Positions 39,447 through 52,413 of a stretch of 64,000 bases of DNA are shown here, in pieces. The stretch is from contig NMRA01000254.1 in the NCBI GenBank assembly GCA_002633005.1, forward strand, positions 62,001 to 126,000. Reading direction: 5' to 3'. Within the stretch, counting starts at the first letter, position 1. Each line of letters starts with the position of its first letter. Below the pieces are notes generated by a model. The model was not told the DNA's origin. It did not search any database and was given only the letters and a program-made list of their open reading frames with translations. Both the position numbers and the translations under genes were made by a program. Origin of the DNA: Phoronis australis. Taxonomy: Eukaryota > Animalia > Phoronida.

Positions 39447-40540
39447 TTAAGGTGGTTTGTGAAGATCCCAATATGTTTCTGTATCTGTGGTGACGTCAGA
39501 GGGTAGGCACCGGGACAGTCTCTGGCCCTCCTCCTTCCAGTATCGCACGCAATGTAAATTTGGAGATGCAACCAAGTTCGTGCTGGTTACACACTCTTCG
39601 ATCTTTTCCCTTGATACGAGTTTTTGCTGCATCTCCGTATTGCCACCCTCGCTCTATGAGGCGCTTTGTTGCCCATCTCTCCTGCTGTTGTACAATCTCG
39701 GTATCTGTAAGCGATTCACGCACTCTGGAGATTACATCTGCTGGTATGAGGAGCAGGTCGGCAATCGGTTCTGCGATGCCTGCAAGCTCATCCGCCTTGA
39801 CGTTGAATGAGATGCCACAGTGTCCTGGTATATAAACACCGGTGAAGAGACCATTAATAGAGCTGAACAGAGGGATTCAGGAATCTTTCACATGGCCAGT
39901 TTTTAGCCTGCTAATGAGGCTGAGAGAGTCTGTAAGTAGAAATGATCTGTCTGCAGGTGTTGTGTTCTGTGAGAGCAAGACTAGGGCGTCTTCATATGCT
40001 TCACATTCAGCTCTAAAAGACGAGGATTTTCCAACCCGTGCTGTTGACCATTCGATGAGGCGTTGACCCTCGCGAGTCCAAGCAACTGCTGCCCAAGCCG
40101 TAGTGTCATCCCTTAGTGAGCCGTCCGTTGCAACAATGATTGTGGGAGATTGTTCTTCAAGCCATTCGGATACAGTTGCTTGATTGATACAGTCAGCTCT
40201 TTCCTGCCAATGACGGCCTCCAATCTCCATGGTGTTGATGACAAAGTTTGTGGCTTTGGACCACTCCATGCTGTTGATGTTCTCCACTGGACATACCTCT
40301 TCGACAAGCTCCCTAGCTCCGATAACCCATGATTGAACAGTTTTCTGCCTCTGTGCAGTGTGCTCATCACTATGCTCTCTCAAGTCCAGGTACAGAGGAT
40401 GAGAGTTGGTTGTAGCTGCCTTTAGAAATGCTTGGGCTGCTAGTGTCTTCTGTTTAGTACGGATGCTATTGATACCTAACCAGTATTGGAGACTATCTAC
40501 CGGAGTGGGTCTAGCTCCACTGGTTACTATCCTCATGAAA
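39447..40540 (-). mobile_element. 5'-truncated non-LTR retrotransposon (I-group/Ingi-like LINE) with RNase H
   Basis: Single frame 40536-39496 with one stop (39877-39879): post-RT MRIVTSGARPTP, then RNase H motifs ATDGS, FRAECEA, LTDSLS and YIPGHCGISFNVKADELA. Confidence 0.88.
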
Positions 40541-41214
40541 AGTTAGCAACTGAATGTCAGTTACAGCATTTTGTTGTGATAAAGTACTCAGCGTCGCATT
40601 CGCAACAAGGCGCCTGCAACCATCTTTGCTAGGACTGTGTGTAGGACCACGCCCCCCCGATTCATAATTTTTCCTGTAGTGTTAATGTGTACAGGTACTG
40701 GAAGGGTGCCGTGTGCAAGATACTAAACATTTAAGATCCTGAGCAGATCATGTTATAAATTAAACTTTTGGTTTTGACCTCTGCTGGAACTTCTGTTTCC
40801 TTACTCAGATGATGAATGATGTCTGGGATGGAACAGAACTATTTCATTGCTTGAAACCATGCTTGGCAAGTTTAATTTTGGCCAATCAGAAACTGAACAG
40901 TGAATTCTTTCCAACGTCCGAAATCAACCCTAGTTTTAGCAAAGAACAAGTAACTGCCAATTTTTATTATGGTAAATTGTCTGAATAAAAAGCGATTTTT
41001 TAAAAAAAGGCAGGTGAGTTGCTTTAAGTTAATACTTGTATAGTTGCCTTGACGTAGTTTTTAATTTCTGGATTTTGCAGTGTCTGAGAGTGCGTAATTT
41101 GACTCGAGGTAATTAACCGTCTTACATTTTGTGTGACACAAAGGAAGTCATCGATTGTCATATTCAGCTATGCTGTGATTTAATGATTCTTAATTTATGT
41201 TTTGATATTTTTAG

Positions 41215-43351
41215 AAATCCAGTCACTGGCGAAGAGATACAGATCGTCGAAGCCATGGAAAAAGGTTTGATTCGCATGGAAATGGTCGATACCAGTACAG
41301 TTGTAGAGTCAGAAGGTCAGAATGTTGTCCGACGAGAAATTAAGAGAACAGCTAATTCTGCTGAAGAACAATTGGAAACTTTTGCAGAAACCATTCCGGT
41401 CACGGTTCGCTATCAAGTGGTCAACGTGCGGGATCCGAGGACAGGGGCTGATCTGTCGCCCGAGCAAGCGGTGAAGACAGGTGTGATCAACAAGGATAAG
41501 TTGGTGTTTGTGAATCCAGTCACAAGCGAGGAACTACCTCTTGAGGAGGCGTGTCGTCAAGGTTTTGTTGACCTGGTCTCGCTGGACGAGGCAGCTGAAC
41601 AAGTGTTGGGAGAGGAGAGTGAGTGTATAGTAGAGGTGTCCACCGAAGTGGTCACTACACCCTATGTTGTGGACAGTGTGATTGATCCGAGGACTAAATA
41701 TGAGATTTCTCTCAGTGAGGCTAAGCGAATAGGTATCATCGATGAGAAGAATGGTTTGTATAAGAATCCGCGTACCGAGGAATCGATCAGCATCAAAGAC
41801 GCCATAGAGAAGGGGGTGGTTAAGTGTGCCCCGGTAGAGGAAGGTACAGAGGTACCCGAGGAGTGCATCCTACCGGTAAGAGTACAACAACAGAGGGAGC
41901 AGCGGTTCTACCTCCCTCTTGTCTCCAGCCCGTCTGACCCGAGCGAGGCAGCAATGATGGCTCTCTTGGACCAGATGAATGGCGACCCACGTGGTGTGAG
42001 GACCCCTCAGTCTGATGACGATCTTACTTTAACCGAAGCGGGGCAGAGTGGCGTCCTTAAGTATGATGCGCTGGAGTACATTGACAGTAATGGTGAACCA
42101 CTTCTTATCCAAGAAGCTGGTGCACTGTCTTACATCAAGCCTGATTCGTTAAAAAATATCCTGGATGCTTACGAGACCTTATCGCTTGGGAAGTTGATTG
42201 ATGACGGTACAATTGATCCCGTAACTGGAATGTTTAGGACACCCAATGGTGATATGGTGCCTATAGGAGAGGCCATAGCTAGTGGACTGCTTGATCCTAA
42301 TTCAGTATTTGTGTATGATCCCAGTACTGGCAAACCCACCAGTCTTGCTCACGCAATTGATAGTGGACTGTTTAACCCTGTCACAAACTGTTTTGTGGAC
42401 GAGGAAAGTGGCAAAGAACTATCCATTGCTGACGCTATTGCTAACGGTTTAGTCGAACCGATGATTCAGGCAGAGAAACTTTCAGACCAGGCTGCCATGT
42501 TGGCCGTTCTTTTGCCTCACTGTGATCCAGACAACCGATGCATCACACTGCCTGATACAGATGAAGAACTTACAGTTAAGGAAGCCATTTTGGCTGGAGC
42601 TCTCCACATTGGAACAATGGAGCTCTCGAACTCGGAAACGGGTACAACTGTGCCCCTTGCTGATGTTCAAAAGCAAGACTTAATCGATCCAAAGGCTCTG
42701 AAGGAAATCTACCAAGCTCTTGCCGCTTCTTCACTTGGTAATGCCATCGACAGTAAAGAGATTGACCCATTAACTGGGTTGGTTTGCCATCCTGAAACTG
42801 GGGACAAATTGTCAGTAGCTGAAGCAATTGGACAGGGTATCATTAATCCAAGCACAGTATTTTTTGTTGACGAGACTTGCCATCAGGTTGCAAGCTTGGC
42901 GTCCTTCATTGGTAAAGGTGCCTTTGATCCCAACTCGGGGTGTTTCGTTGACCCCAAGGATGGACGTCCAATGAGTATGCAGGATGCTATAGATAGTGGA
43001 CTTATCAATCCATATATCGACCCGGCAGAATTTGTTGAGGAGAAATTCAAGTTGAAAGACCTTTTGAACCAGGGTGTGGTGTCTAATGATTCTGGATTTG
43101 TCACTCCTGATGGAGAAAAGATGTCTCTTGCCGAGGCTTTGGAGAAGGATTACGTGACCCCCATCTCCTTGGTGAAGGTTGATCCCAACACTGGCATGGT
43201 AGTGTTGGCTGATGAGGAGCCAGTGGCTACGACTCTGAAACAGGTCAACGAAGATCTCTCTTGGCTGGCAGAGTTGGAGAACAAAATGGCTGCCCAACCA
43301 GCAGCACAGGATGAAGTTGACGGTGTCAAGAGCTTGCTTTTTGAGAACGAG
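41215..43351 (+). CDS. MACF1: Spectraplakin giant exon: plectin/plakin repeat domains plus start of first rod spectrin repeat
   Basis: 2137-nt open exon with many DP.TG...S..EAI..GLI.P repeats, ending LSWLAELENKM..ENE; tttttag| and GAG|gtatgt. Confidence 0.96.
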
Positions 43352-44041
43352 GTATGTTTCTCTGGTTTTATAGTGCATCACGTGTGCTCAGCCAGAATGC
43401 AATTAAGATAGTGTATTGTGTTGGAACGTATAATTTGTTTCAGTAGTGGGTGATATTTTGTTTTCTTTAATTGCATCTGTTCTTGTTAAGTTCCTTATGC
43501 TGTTGTTGTTGCAGTGAAATGTCTAAGTGCAAATAATGGGAATTACGATTTCTGATTTTTTCATGTCTCTTCTGTTAGAATTTTGTTTTCCTAAATTTTA
43601 TGACACATTTTGCTGATGAAAGAACCAGAATGTGTTTCTTATCAGTTGTCCAGCAACTAAATTTTCTTTAACAAGTCTAGAATGGAAATTAACCACTCGA
43701 CAATTAGTAATACCTCAGATTTAGTCACAATGGTCCTCCTTTCATTCCTGGCTAAAAATCTTGTTAAATTGTTTAATTTGTAAACTAAAGATTTTACGAA
43801 AGTTGCTATGTTGAGGTTCATTGCCATCTGTTCTATTGTCAATTTGTGCTATATTTAGTATATCTCATAGCAGTTGTGTTTACAATTGTATATGGTTTCT
43901 GTATTACCAAGCAGAGGTTTATCCACCCTGTTTGGCAGTTTGTTGAGTTTAGTGGATGTACCAAATACATGCTCACTGCACTATAACAAGATAGGCTATT
44001 GTCTGATGTGATGAGTCCAGTCACTGATTTCTTCCTCTCAG

Positions 44042-44209
44042 AAATTACTCGACGAGTTCAGCAAGAAAGAAGCTGAGATGTCACGTGACATCGAGAATGC
44101 TTTGGGTACTGTGGAGGAACGGAAAAACGCAAATCTTCTGGAGGACGAGGAGAGACAGTTGAATCGTCTGAGGTTCGGTGCCAACGATCTCAAAGTTCGA
44201 CAGGATGCT
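44042..44209 (+). CDS. MACF1: Spectraplakin spectrin-repeat exon (KLLDEFSKKE...KVRQDA)
   Basis: cctctcag| and GCT|gtaagt, 168 nt. Confidence 0.88.
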
Positions 44210-44858
44210 GTAAGTTTGTCGTCTCAGCCTGCTACTGTTACTTGACGAGATTTCGGGAATAGACACGCCGAACCTTTGGTTTTGCTTTGAAATATGATAT
44301 TTTTGGTATTTTGCAGACAATTTCTTCCACTAGAGTCACTGTATCTTGGGATTGGGTTTGTCTGGTGGGACTGAATAGTCACACAGTCAATTTCGTTTTC
44401 TTTTTTGTCTTTTTCTGATTGAGCACGGGCTTTGTTGCAAGAGTATAGTACTGTTGTGTATTAGTAACAAAAAATGTGGTTACAGTCCTCGTGTAGTGTT
44501 GGACAAATAGCCCAATAGTTTCATTCACAACCAGTTATTTTAGGTGTAAGTGAAATTGGCTGTCTGATGGGTAATAGTGTTCGTTCTGTTGTTTTGGACT
44601 ATTCTGTATTTCTCGACTAAATCTTATTTTAATCAGTATGGTAAAATGTCCATACGTAGTTAAGAGCGTCCACAATTTCTCAAAACGTTGTCTGATGGTT
44701 GCTTTGATATTGAACTTTAAAATGATAATTAAAGTATTTACTCATATTTTACTTGGTGTTACTTTTTAGACTAAAAAGGAAATTACAGATGTCTGCCATA
44801 TCGTGTCCTAAATGTGTTAGATTTTGTTGAAATGAAGTGATCTGTTTGTGTTGTACAG

Positions 44859-45035
44859 GCGAGGAGTCAGCTCGAAGATCAACAGAACAGGCTACAGGAC
44901 ATGACCGACAATCTGGTCACGTTTGAAGACGATGCAGAGAAATTTTCTGATTGGCTGAAGGAGGCTGGAAAGAAGGTCTCCCAAATGCGAGCCGAGAACA
45001 CAGATGAGCTGAAGGAGCAGGCTGAGTCACTGAAG
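44859..45035 (+). CDS. MACF1: Spectraplakin spectrin-repeat exon (..FEDDAEKFSDWLKEA..QAESLK)
   Basis: gtacag| and AAG|gtaaat, 177 nt; W-L motif. Confidence 0.92.
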
Positions 45036-45580
45036 GTAAATCACTTAATTCTTGCTTGGGGCATTTACGGTTATTCACACTGTTTGAAGGTGCCACTCGC
45101 AGAACTGTTGATGAGACTACGACGATAATTGATCTTTGACTAGAGCGATTCCTTCACTGAGGATTTCTTTCTTTCTACGGAAGGCTGAGGTGATGTACTT
45201 TGGGTGAAGGTCATTCAAAGAATTTCTCTCAATTCCACAAACAGTCTGTGAACATAGCCTCTGATCACAGACCACCTGATCACAGACCACCTGATCATAG
45301 GTCAAGTCAGCAGCACTATCTGTTAATTATAGACAGTAAGTTAAGTTAATGATAATAAATTTTGTCACAGTATCAATCTTTGAACTCCTTTCTGTCGATA
45401 GCACGTCATTTCATTAAATGCAGGAATGCTAACCTGCGAAGTACGAAACCTCTTAGTAATTTTTTCATTTATCTACCAAAAGATGGCTCTGTATGTTTCT
45501 TTGTGAATTGGCCGAATATTAAACTGAGTATTTAAGGTCAGTCTTTTTCCTGGTATAATGTGGACTTTTGCTGTGAGCCT

Positions 45581-45752
45581 TGGTTGAGAACCAAACGAAA
45601 GTCTGGATTTCTGTCACATTCACTGGTTCAGAACCATACAAAGTCTTGCCTTTCTATCACATTCACTGGTTCAGAAGCAAACAAAGTCTTGCCATTCTAT
45701 CACATTCACTGGCTCAGAAGCAAACAAAGTCTTACCGTGCTATCACATTCAC
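45581..45752. repeat. Minisatellite, 4 x 43 bp
   Basis: Unit ~TGGTTCAGAAGCAAACAAAGTCTTGCCATTCTATCACATTCAC, copies diverged. Confidence 0.9.
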
Positions 45753-46245
45753 AGCAGTCGCTTGTGTTAGTGCTTTGCAAACACATCACTATAGCACTTT
45801 TTTTTTTCAAAGAAGTTGACGAAACAAACTGATTGTGACCAAATTTCAAGGGGTTTGCTTTACCCATTTGAATGTATTCGCTATACCTTTTAGGTGGCTA
45901 GATGCATGAGTTTCGACAAAACTCAATCTTTTTTACGAAAACTACTGTAATTCCAACAGCATGGTAAACTCTTAACGAATTTCGGACAAAAATTGTTGTC
46001 TAAAGTAGCCTTTTTCAGTTTTGAAAGGCATCTATTGCTGCGATTACCCATAATTTCTCGAAACTTTAAAATGTGTTGCTGCCTATATTTTGTGAGAAAA
46101 ATGAAAAAAAAATGTCTGTGTCCTAAATTGAGAAGATTTTACCACACTGCATCATGTCTGTTTGGTATTACACCCTGGCTTGTCTGTTTGGTATTGCACT
46201 TGTCACGGCATTGGTGTATGATTCACCATTTCACGCTACTACTAG

Positions 46246-46329
46246 GCACTGGCTGAGGAGATTGCTGCACATGAACCTCAACTAAGCAAACTTCATCATG
46301 ACGGAAGTCAATTGAAGCAGGATGCCAAG
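46246..46329 (+). CDS. MACF1: Spectraplakin spectrin-repeat exon (ALAEEIAAHEPQLSKLHHDGSQLKQDAK)
   Basis: actag| and AAG|gttagt, 84 nt; spectrin helix B motif EI.AH.P. Confidence 0.88.
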
Positions 46330-46417
46330 GTTAGTTGCAGCCATTTTTTATGTCGACTGGAAGCTAGTTGTATGAGCTTTTGAATACCGTTTGAAGTACT
46401 TGCCATGTTCCCAGCAC

Positions 46418-46730
46418 TTAAGGTTGTATAGAACCCTAGAAAAATGTGGAAATAAGGCTAACCTCAGAACATAATATCTCGCAAATGGCTGGGATCGTAT
46501 TCATATGAAACTTTCAGATAGTATATGCTTTATGCACTATTTTCCGAAATGCTGTTGGGCATTGTTTTTTAAATGTTCCATTGCATGTGCAGCTGTCAAA
46601 AATAGGACTTTGATGACTTTCACAATGAAAACAAAACGATATTTTAGAAAACTGAAATCTCATCTTGAACAATCTGAGTAAGGATAGTTTTTTAGCAAAA
46701 AGTTCCGGTTTATTGGCCTCTTAACCTTAT
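46418..46730. mobile_element. Partial copy of the TAAGGTT.. dispersed element
   Basis: Similar to 31022-31260 and 61539-61835. Confidence 0.6.
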
Positions 46731-47010
46731 TATTCTTATTAACTTTGCCAGATTTCTAGATAAAAATATTCAGGTCTTGAAGGTTTTAAGTGTTCAAATC
46801 ATCAGTTGGAAATCGAAACTGATATACACTTGGGTAGAGATCAGCGTCTCTGCTGGAGCTTCAGGCTGTGTCGTATGTAATTGCAATAAAAGTAGCTCAG
46901 TCAGCAATATACATTTAATAATAACTGTTCATTTTTGTTGGGTATTCCTGGCTCAGCTCAAAATCTATGTGGTAAAAGCAGATTCCATTAAAAACATTTT
47001 GTACTTGCAG

Positions 47011-47332
47011 GAGTATGATGAAGTGAAGGCGAAGTTTGCCGAGAGCCTTCCGACTCCTGTATCAGAAGTCAAACGCGAACCTCTCACCAAGATAGACAGC
47101 ACGCTTGACTGCCTCCAGGGCAACTTTGATAACCTGCTGGCTGAGTGTAGCGAGGTCATGTCCGACTTGAATGCCCTCGCGAGAGCAAAAGCAGAATTTA
47201 ACAAATTAGCACAGCAATTGGAAAACTCTGTGCCTCTAACAGAAGAGAAGATATCGGAGGTCGTGAATGAGCCGGTCTCTGCTAGCAGTGAGGTACTTAA
47301 TGCTCAACTGGATAACATACGTGATATTAAAG
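47011..47332 (+). CDS. MACF1: Spectraplakin spectrin-repeat exon (EYDEVKAKF...NIRDIK)
   Basis: cttgcag| and AAG|gtaagt, phase 0-1. Confidence 0.9.
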
Positions 47333-47825
47333 GTAAGTACTTCACTGGGTTCTGTGCTTTGAAAGTACATCTCATTAGGCTTGTACATTCTGATGCCCAG
47401 TATTTGGTACATGACAAAAGTAAAGCTTTGTGTTCAGAACTCACTCGCCTATAACGGAGTTGTGTGCATTGAATATTTGCCCCTAAAAGATTATGAATTC
47501 CGTGTCAAAATTAATGAATTTTAAATTTGCCATGAACTCACCTGCTTACTTTTGATTTGGAGCACGGGTCTTGATGTTTTCATTACTCGGATTGGATGTA
47601 ATTTTTGTAGTATCTTGGCAAGAAGTGCTATTACTGGAGTTGAGGCCCAAGGAGTTAGCATGACTCGGNTAGCATGACGGGAGGGGGGGGTATCTTGGGC
47701 GTTTGAACTTGAAGGTGGCTTCATAACTGCTTCAAATGCAGGCCTGATAGGATCAAATGGATTTCCAAGCACATGATCTTGGAATTCTAGGTTGGAATTT
47801 TGGATCCAGTTTTGTGCTGTTGCAG

Positions 47826-47906
47826 GTGAGATTGCGGATGAGGTGAAACACCTCGAAGATCTGAAGAAAGCTGGAGAGGGTGTGAAGCAGAAACTTCAAC
47901 AACGCG
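47826..47906 (+). CDS. MACF1: Spectraplakin exon (EIADEVKHLEDLKKAGEGVKQKLQQR)
   Basis: ttgcag| and GCG|gtacgt, phase 1-1. Confidence 0.86.
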
Positions 47907-48217
47907 GTACGTGCGGACACTATGAAATATTTATTGTACATTGAAGCAATATGGTAAAAAATCTTCAATTTGGGATGGTCTTTAGATTGTGGGACACCGA
48001 TATTCCAGCAGAGATTGAATTTTCTTGATTCTGAAGATTGGAACATGGGCAGTTTGGTGCTCATCATATTTCTCAAATTGTGAATGCAGCATTTTGTATT
48101 GACAGAGTCTGAAAATAGACTTGAGGCTTAATTTTGCCATATTTCTGGCAATTCAAGCTAATGTTTCACCTATCCAAATTTGAGAATTTTTACCGTGTGC
48201 TCAAAATTATAAAATAG

Positions 48218-48475
48218 TCTGGTGTTCAAGGGCATCTATTAAATGGTAATCTGGTGTTCAAGGGCATCTATTAAATGGTAATCTGGTGTTCAAGGGCATC
48301 TATTAAATGGTAATCTGGTGTTCAAGGGCATCTATTAAATGGTAATCTGGTGTTCAAGGGCATCTATTAAATGGTAATCTGGTGTTCATGGGCATCTATT
48401 AAATGGTAATCTGGTGTTCAAGGGCATCTATTAAATGGTAATCTGGTGTTCAAGGGCATCTATTAAATGGTAATC
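48218..48475. repeat. Minisatellite, 8 x 32 bp, nearly perfect
   Basis: Unit TCTGGTGTTCAAGGGCATCTATTAAATGGTAA; one substitution in the sixth copy; no spacers. Confidence 0.95.
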
Positions 48476-48995
48476 AAGTGGCGTGCTCATCACACTCCAA
48501 TTGAACATCCAGATATTAATTTGCACACATTGAAATTGCGATCTTATGAACATATTTTTTCTGCTGAAATAATTCTGCGAATATAAATGCGCAGAAATCA
48601 AGCGCTTCAAAAGAACTTATTCACTCGAAGATTTGAGTTTTTACTATTCGCTTGTCACTCTACCATTTGCATTTTTGTGAACTAACGAACTGAAGCATTC
48701 ACTTGGCTGATTGGCTGGTATTCGGGTCACTAGGTCATTAGGTAAAAAACTAAGATTACAAGATGGCAGACGATTTGATAAGTCATTGTTAGAGGAAAGT
48801 AAATAGAAGCGAAATATAACCAGTAAGACTGTTAAACATGTCAAAGAAATTTGATTTGGTTGGTACTAACACACTGAACAAGAATTTTCATCCCATTTTG
48901 ATTTATATCCATTTAACTAAGTAGTGAAAAGCCCTTCATTGGACCTTCAGCTGGGTACTGAGTTAAATGTAGATGCCATTTCTGAATTATTTCAG

Positions 48996-49711
48996 GTGCC
49001 GACAATCAGTTAGCTGATGTTGATCAAGTGGTTGATGACTTTGACGCCAGAATTGATGAAATGCAGGACAAAGTCAAAAACAAAGAAGCCGATCTCAATG
49101 CCATCATTGTGCAGAACCAAGATGCCAGCGATAATTTAGACCGGATGTTGGACTGGGCATTGACTGCCGGGCAAGACATCGACACCATGTCCCCCATCAG
49201 TCTAGATCCAGACATACTGAAGCAACAGCTTCGCGACCACAAGGTTTTACAGTCCGGCCTTGCCACACAGCTTAACAACTTGCCAGCTGTCGCAGAGAAG
49301 GCCAAGGACGTCCCTGGTGTCCACGAGAAAGTTGCTGACCTCGGCAATAAGTTAAAAGGTGTGGAGGAAAAACTACAACAGAGAGGGCTAGACTTGGACG
49401 ACAACGCCGAGAAGATGAAAGAACTGCAGGAGGCTATACAAGACGTGGAAACGTGGATTGCTTCTGCTGTAGGGGCACTTAAGACTGCAGCCACCGCCCC
49501 GGGGCTAGGGTCCCTGAAGGACGAAATTGTTGAGCTCCATCAGCAGAAACTGGCCAAGCAGCCAGTGATGGACAAAGTGAAGTCCGTAGCAAGAGAGCGA
49601 ATCAACTCACCTAAGACGGGAGATAAGAATGCCATGAGGGAACAACTGGCCGACATTCAGGGCAAGTGGAATGACGTCGCCGACATGCTAGTAGAAGTTA
49701 TCTCCAGTGAG
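48996..49711 (+). CDS. MACF1: Spectraplakin spectrin-repeat exon (716 nt)
   Basis: MLDWAL..PISLDPDILKQQLRDHKVLQ..VETWI..QGKWNDV; atttcag| and GAG|gtagga, phase 1-0. Confidence 0.95.
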
Positions 49712-50307
49712 GTAGGACATGATTACTAAGCGGAGAACCAAAGCAATAGAAATGAACTGAACTTAACAAACAGTACTTCTTTGACATCCATTACTCATTA
49801 TTTCTTTTTTTATTCTTTCATGTCGAGGAATATTTATTTCTTGTTCTTACAAGATGTTCGTACACATACCCAGTGTCATTGGATCTCTTCTGAGTGAAGA
49901 GAATTTTGAAGTTTTGTTTAAATTATGTGCAGTTGATTAGTTGAGAAAGTAGTGCACGTAATGTACAACCTTCAGGTATTTTGTGCTTACATTTACTGAA
50001 TGGAGATGAGGGATAAGGAGTTGGTTTTTATGGATTCAAGAACTGGTCAGCGATGTCTAGCGGTGACGGGGGGGGGGGGTGAGCTTCAACAATTTGTAAT
50101 CGATGACTGAAGACTGAGTATCAGTCACAATCAAAGCACGTTGTTTTTGTAGAAACACTCTTGTGTCTAATTTGGACTCTGAGCTTGTGTCTTCTACATA
50201 GTCTTGACGTGTTTGATATGCCAGTCCAAGCCATTTGTGATTCGCTTGTGTGTTAGAAAGAATTTACTTTCGAAAAATTACATAACGCGTTCTTTACTCC
50301 ACTTTAG

Positions 50308-50427
50308 GCCAGCAGAGATATGGATGATTTCATTGAATACCTGGACAAAGCTGAGGCCCACCTTCTTCAAGCTGACCCAGTCAGTATTGATCCGGAAACT
50401 GTGGCCGTCCAGGTGCAAGAACACAAG
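50308..50427 (+). CDS. MACF1: Spectraplakin spectrin-repeat exon (ASRDMDDF...QVQEHK)
   Basis: ctttag| and AAG|gtcagt, 120 nt. Confidence 0.92.
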
Positions 50428-50963
50428 GTCAGTGAACTCTTGGGGTCATCTCCTGACCTTTATATCAAAGATCAATGTGTGTTACGTGAAATCTCACCAA
50501 TTATGGGTAAAAATATTCGACAAAATTGATCTGTCATTTTTTCAAAGTCTTGTAACGTTATTATGAATGCATGCTTAATATTTTTTAGAACATTATCTGA
50601 TGGTAACTGTGGTCTAGAATTTATGAATAATAAAGCTTTTATTTGGTGCTACTTAATCTTATACGAAAACAAAGAAATAAAAAATTCACTTGTCTGCCAT
50701 ATAGTGTCTTAAATTAGTGAAATATTACTGTTGATTCTTAGGGCTATTGTACTGTTCTGAACAGAATGGGTTGGAATCTCATGAAAAAATTAATCTGCTA
50801 AAACTCAAATAGAGCATAGTTATGATGATGTTTAGTGTGCTGTTTTCATTTGTGGTGTATGTAAACGCGATGTTGTGTGTGTGAAAAAGAACTAATTTCA
50901 AGATGCATGCAAGTGGTGTCAGTGCTGTGCGTCTCAAGAAAGTCTTCATTCATTGTGTTCTAG

Positions 50964-51290
50964 TCATTTGATGAGGAACTTCTTGACAAAACGGACAGAA
51001 TGAGAGACGTGATCAAGCAGTGTAACTTGTTGCTACGGGAAACTGCCAAGGAGGAGTCAGAGAACACCAAGAACAAGCTCGAACACATCCGAGGTCATGC
51101 TGACCGCGTCTGCAAGCTGAGTGCTGATAGGTTGAGAGTTCTAGAGGAGGCGTTGCCCCTGGTGTCTTCGTTCAATGAGACACAAGGGGACTTGTCCACT
51201 TGGCTGCAGGAAATTGAGGCAGAGATCCAACATCAGGATCACCCGGCCCAGGCAGCAGATGAGATCAAGAAACAAGTGGATCAGGTCAAG
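50964..51290 (+). CDS. MACF1: Spectraplakin spectrin-repeat exon (SFDEELL...SADRLRVLEEALPL..STWL..DQVK)
   Basis: ttctag| and AAG|gtaagg, 327 nt; RL..LE.ALPL linker typical of the shot/MACF rod. Confidence 0.94.
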
Positions 51291-52203
51291 GTAAGGAATA
51301 ATACTATTTATTAGACCTTAAAACACCTTTGAACATGTATACCATTTTTGCCATGTAACCACATTTTCACCATGGTTTTCCTTAACAACACTGCATGTCA
51401 CCTTATTTTGTAAATTCCAGTTCTCAAATATAAGAAAGTGGAGAACAAGAGATTTTCTCATGTTTATTTGTACCACAGACTTTATAAGTCTCATAGTCCC
51501 AGTGCGCTAACTAGTTACTCCATCCACTGTGTGTAGACATGTAACAACGCCATTCCAGTCCAATTGTTCTCAGTGCAAAATGACAAGCTGTTAGTTCCAT
51601 CGTATTGAATTTTCTGTGTAACAATGTTCTGTTTGTCAGTTTCGTCTCAACACAAACCCTTTTTAATTGTCGTGAGAGGTGAGTTCGTGCCAATTTCCAA
51701 GTGAGAATCAAAGTAAAAAGCATATGTTTGGTTCTGGTCTCTGTTTTTTGATAGTTGGTGTGGTAGTATAATATTTTTAGAAGCACATTTAAAAAAGTCA
51801 TCTGATCTAACCTGAAATGGTGAGATTTTTTACCTAGCTCCAGTGGTCCAGTGACGCAGTTGGCTGTGCTCCAGTCGACCGTAGTGAAAATCATTGTCAA
51901 GTAGTTGACAAGCCATTTTTATTAAAAACCAACCGTAGATCAGTTGTACCTCGAAGAAAAGAACTGCACTAAATATGAAGCGGGTTGACACTTGTTTTTT
52001 CTTTATACAATGAGACGCAAATTTAAAATGAGTCAGGCCCAGACTAGAACTGATGCTACTTTCGTTGACCCGAGTAGTCGGATTCAAATGTCAGCATTTT
52101 TGACTTGAAAATCGCTGAGGCTAGGATCCCAGCTCAGCGAATCTAACTGACTTCACAACGCAATCTCGATCAAGTTTTTGTATTTCCATCGTTCACCTTT
52201 TAG

Positions 52204-52413
52204 CAAAGTCTGCGTTTTATTGACGACCACAAGCCACTTGTTGAAGACCTTGGTAATACAGGCCGGGAACTGATTAACCTCTGTTCTGAGGAAGAGGGCG
52301 CCACCATCAAGTCGTCTCTGTATGATGTCAACACGCATTACGGGGACGTGCGGAATGGGATACGACAGAAGATCAACGAACTAGAGGAAGCGTTCCGAGC
52401 GGCTACTACTGAG
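52204..52413 (+). CDS. MACF1: Spectraplakin spectrin-repeat exon (QSLRFIDDHKPLVEDLGNTGRELINLC...ATTE)
   Basis: cttttag| and GAG|gtgagt, 210 nt. Confidence 0.93.

Noticed and set aside
42812-43381. Antisense ORFs over exons (also 49024-49494, 58139-58486, 58906-59349)
   Set aside because: Shadow frames of codon-biased + strand exons; no recognisable domains
41129-43411. 760-aa ORF as a stand-alone gene
   Set aside because: Both ends run into intron; it is an internal exon (41215-43351)
48218-48475. 32-bp repeats as a CRISPR array
   Set aside because: Head-to-tail with no unique spacers, no cas genes, and in a eukaryotic intron
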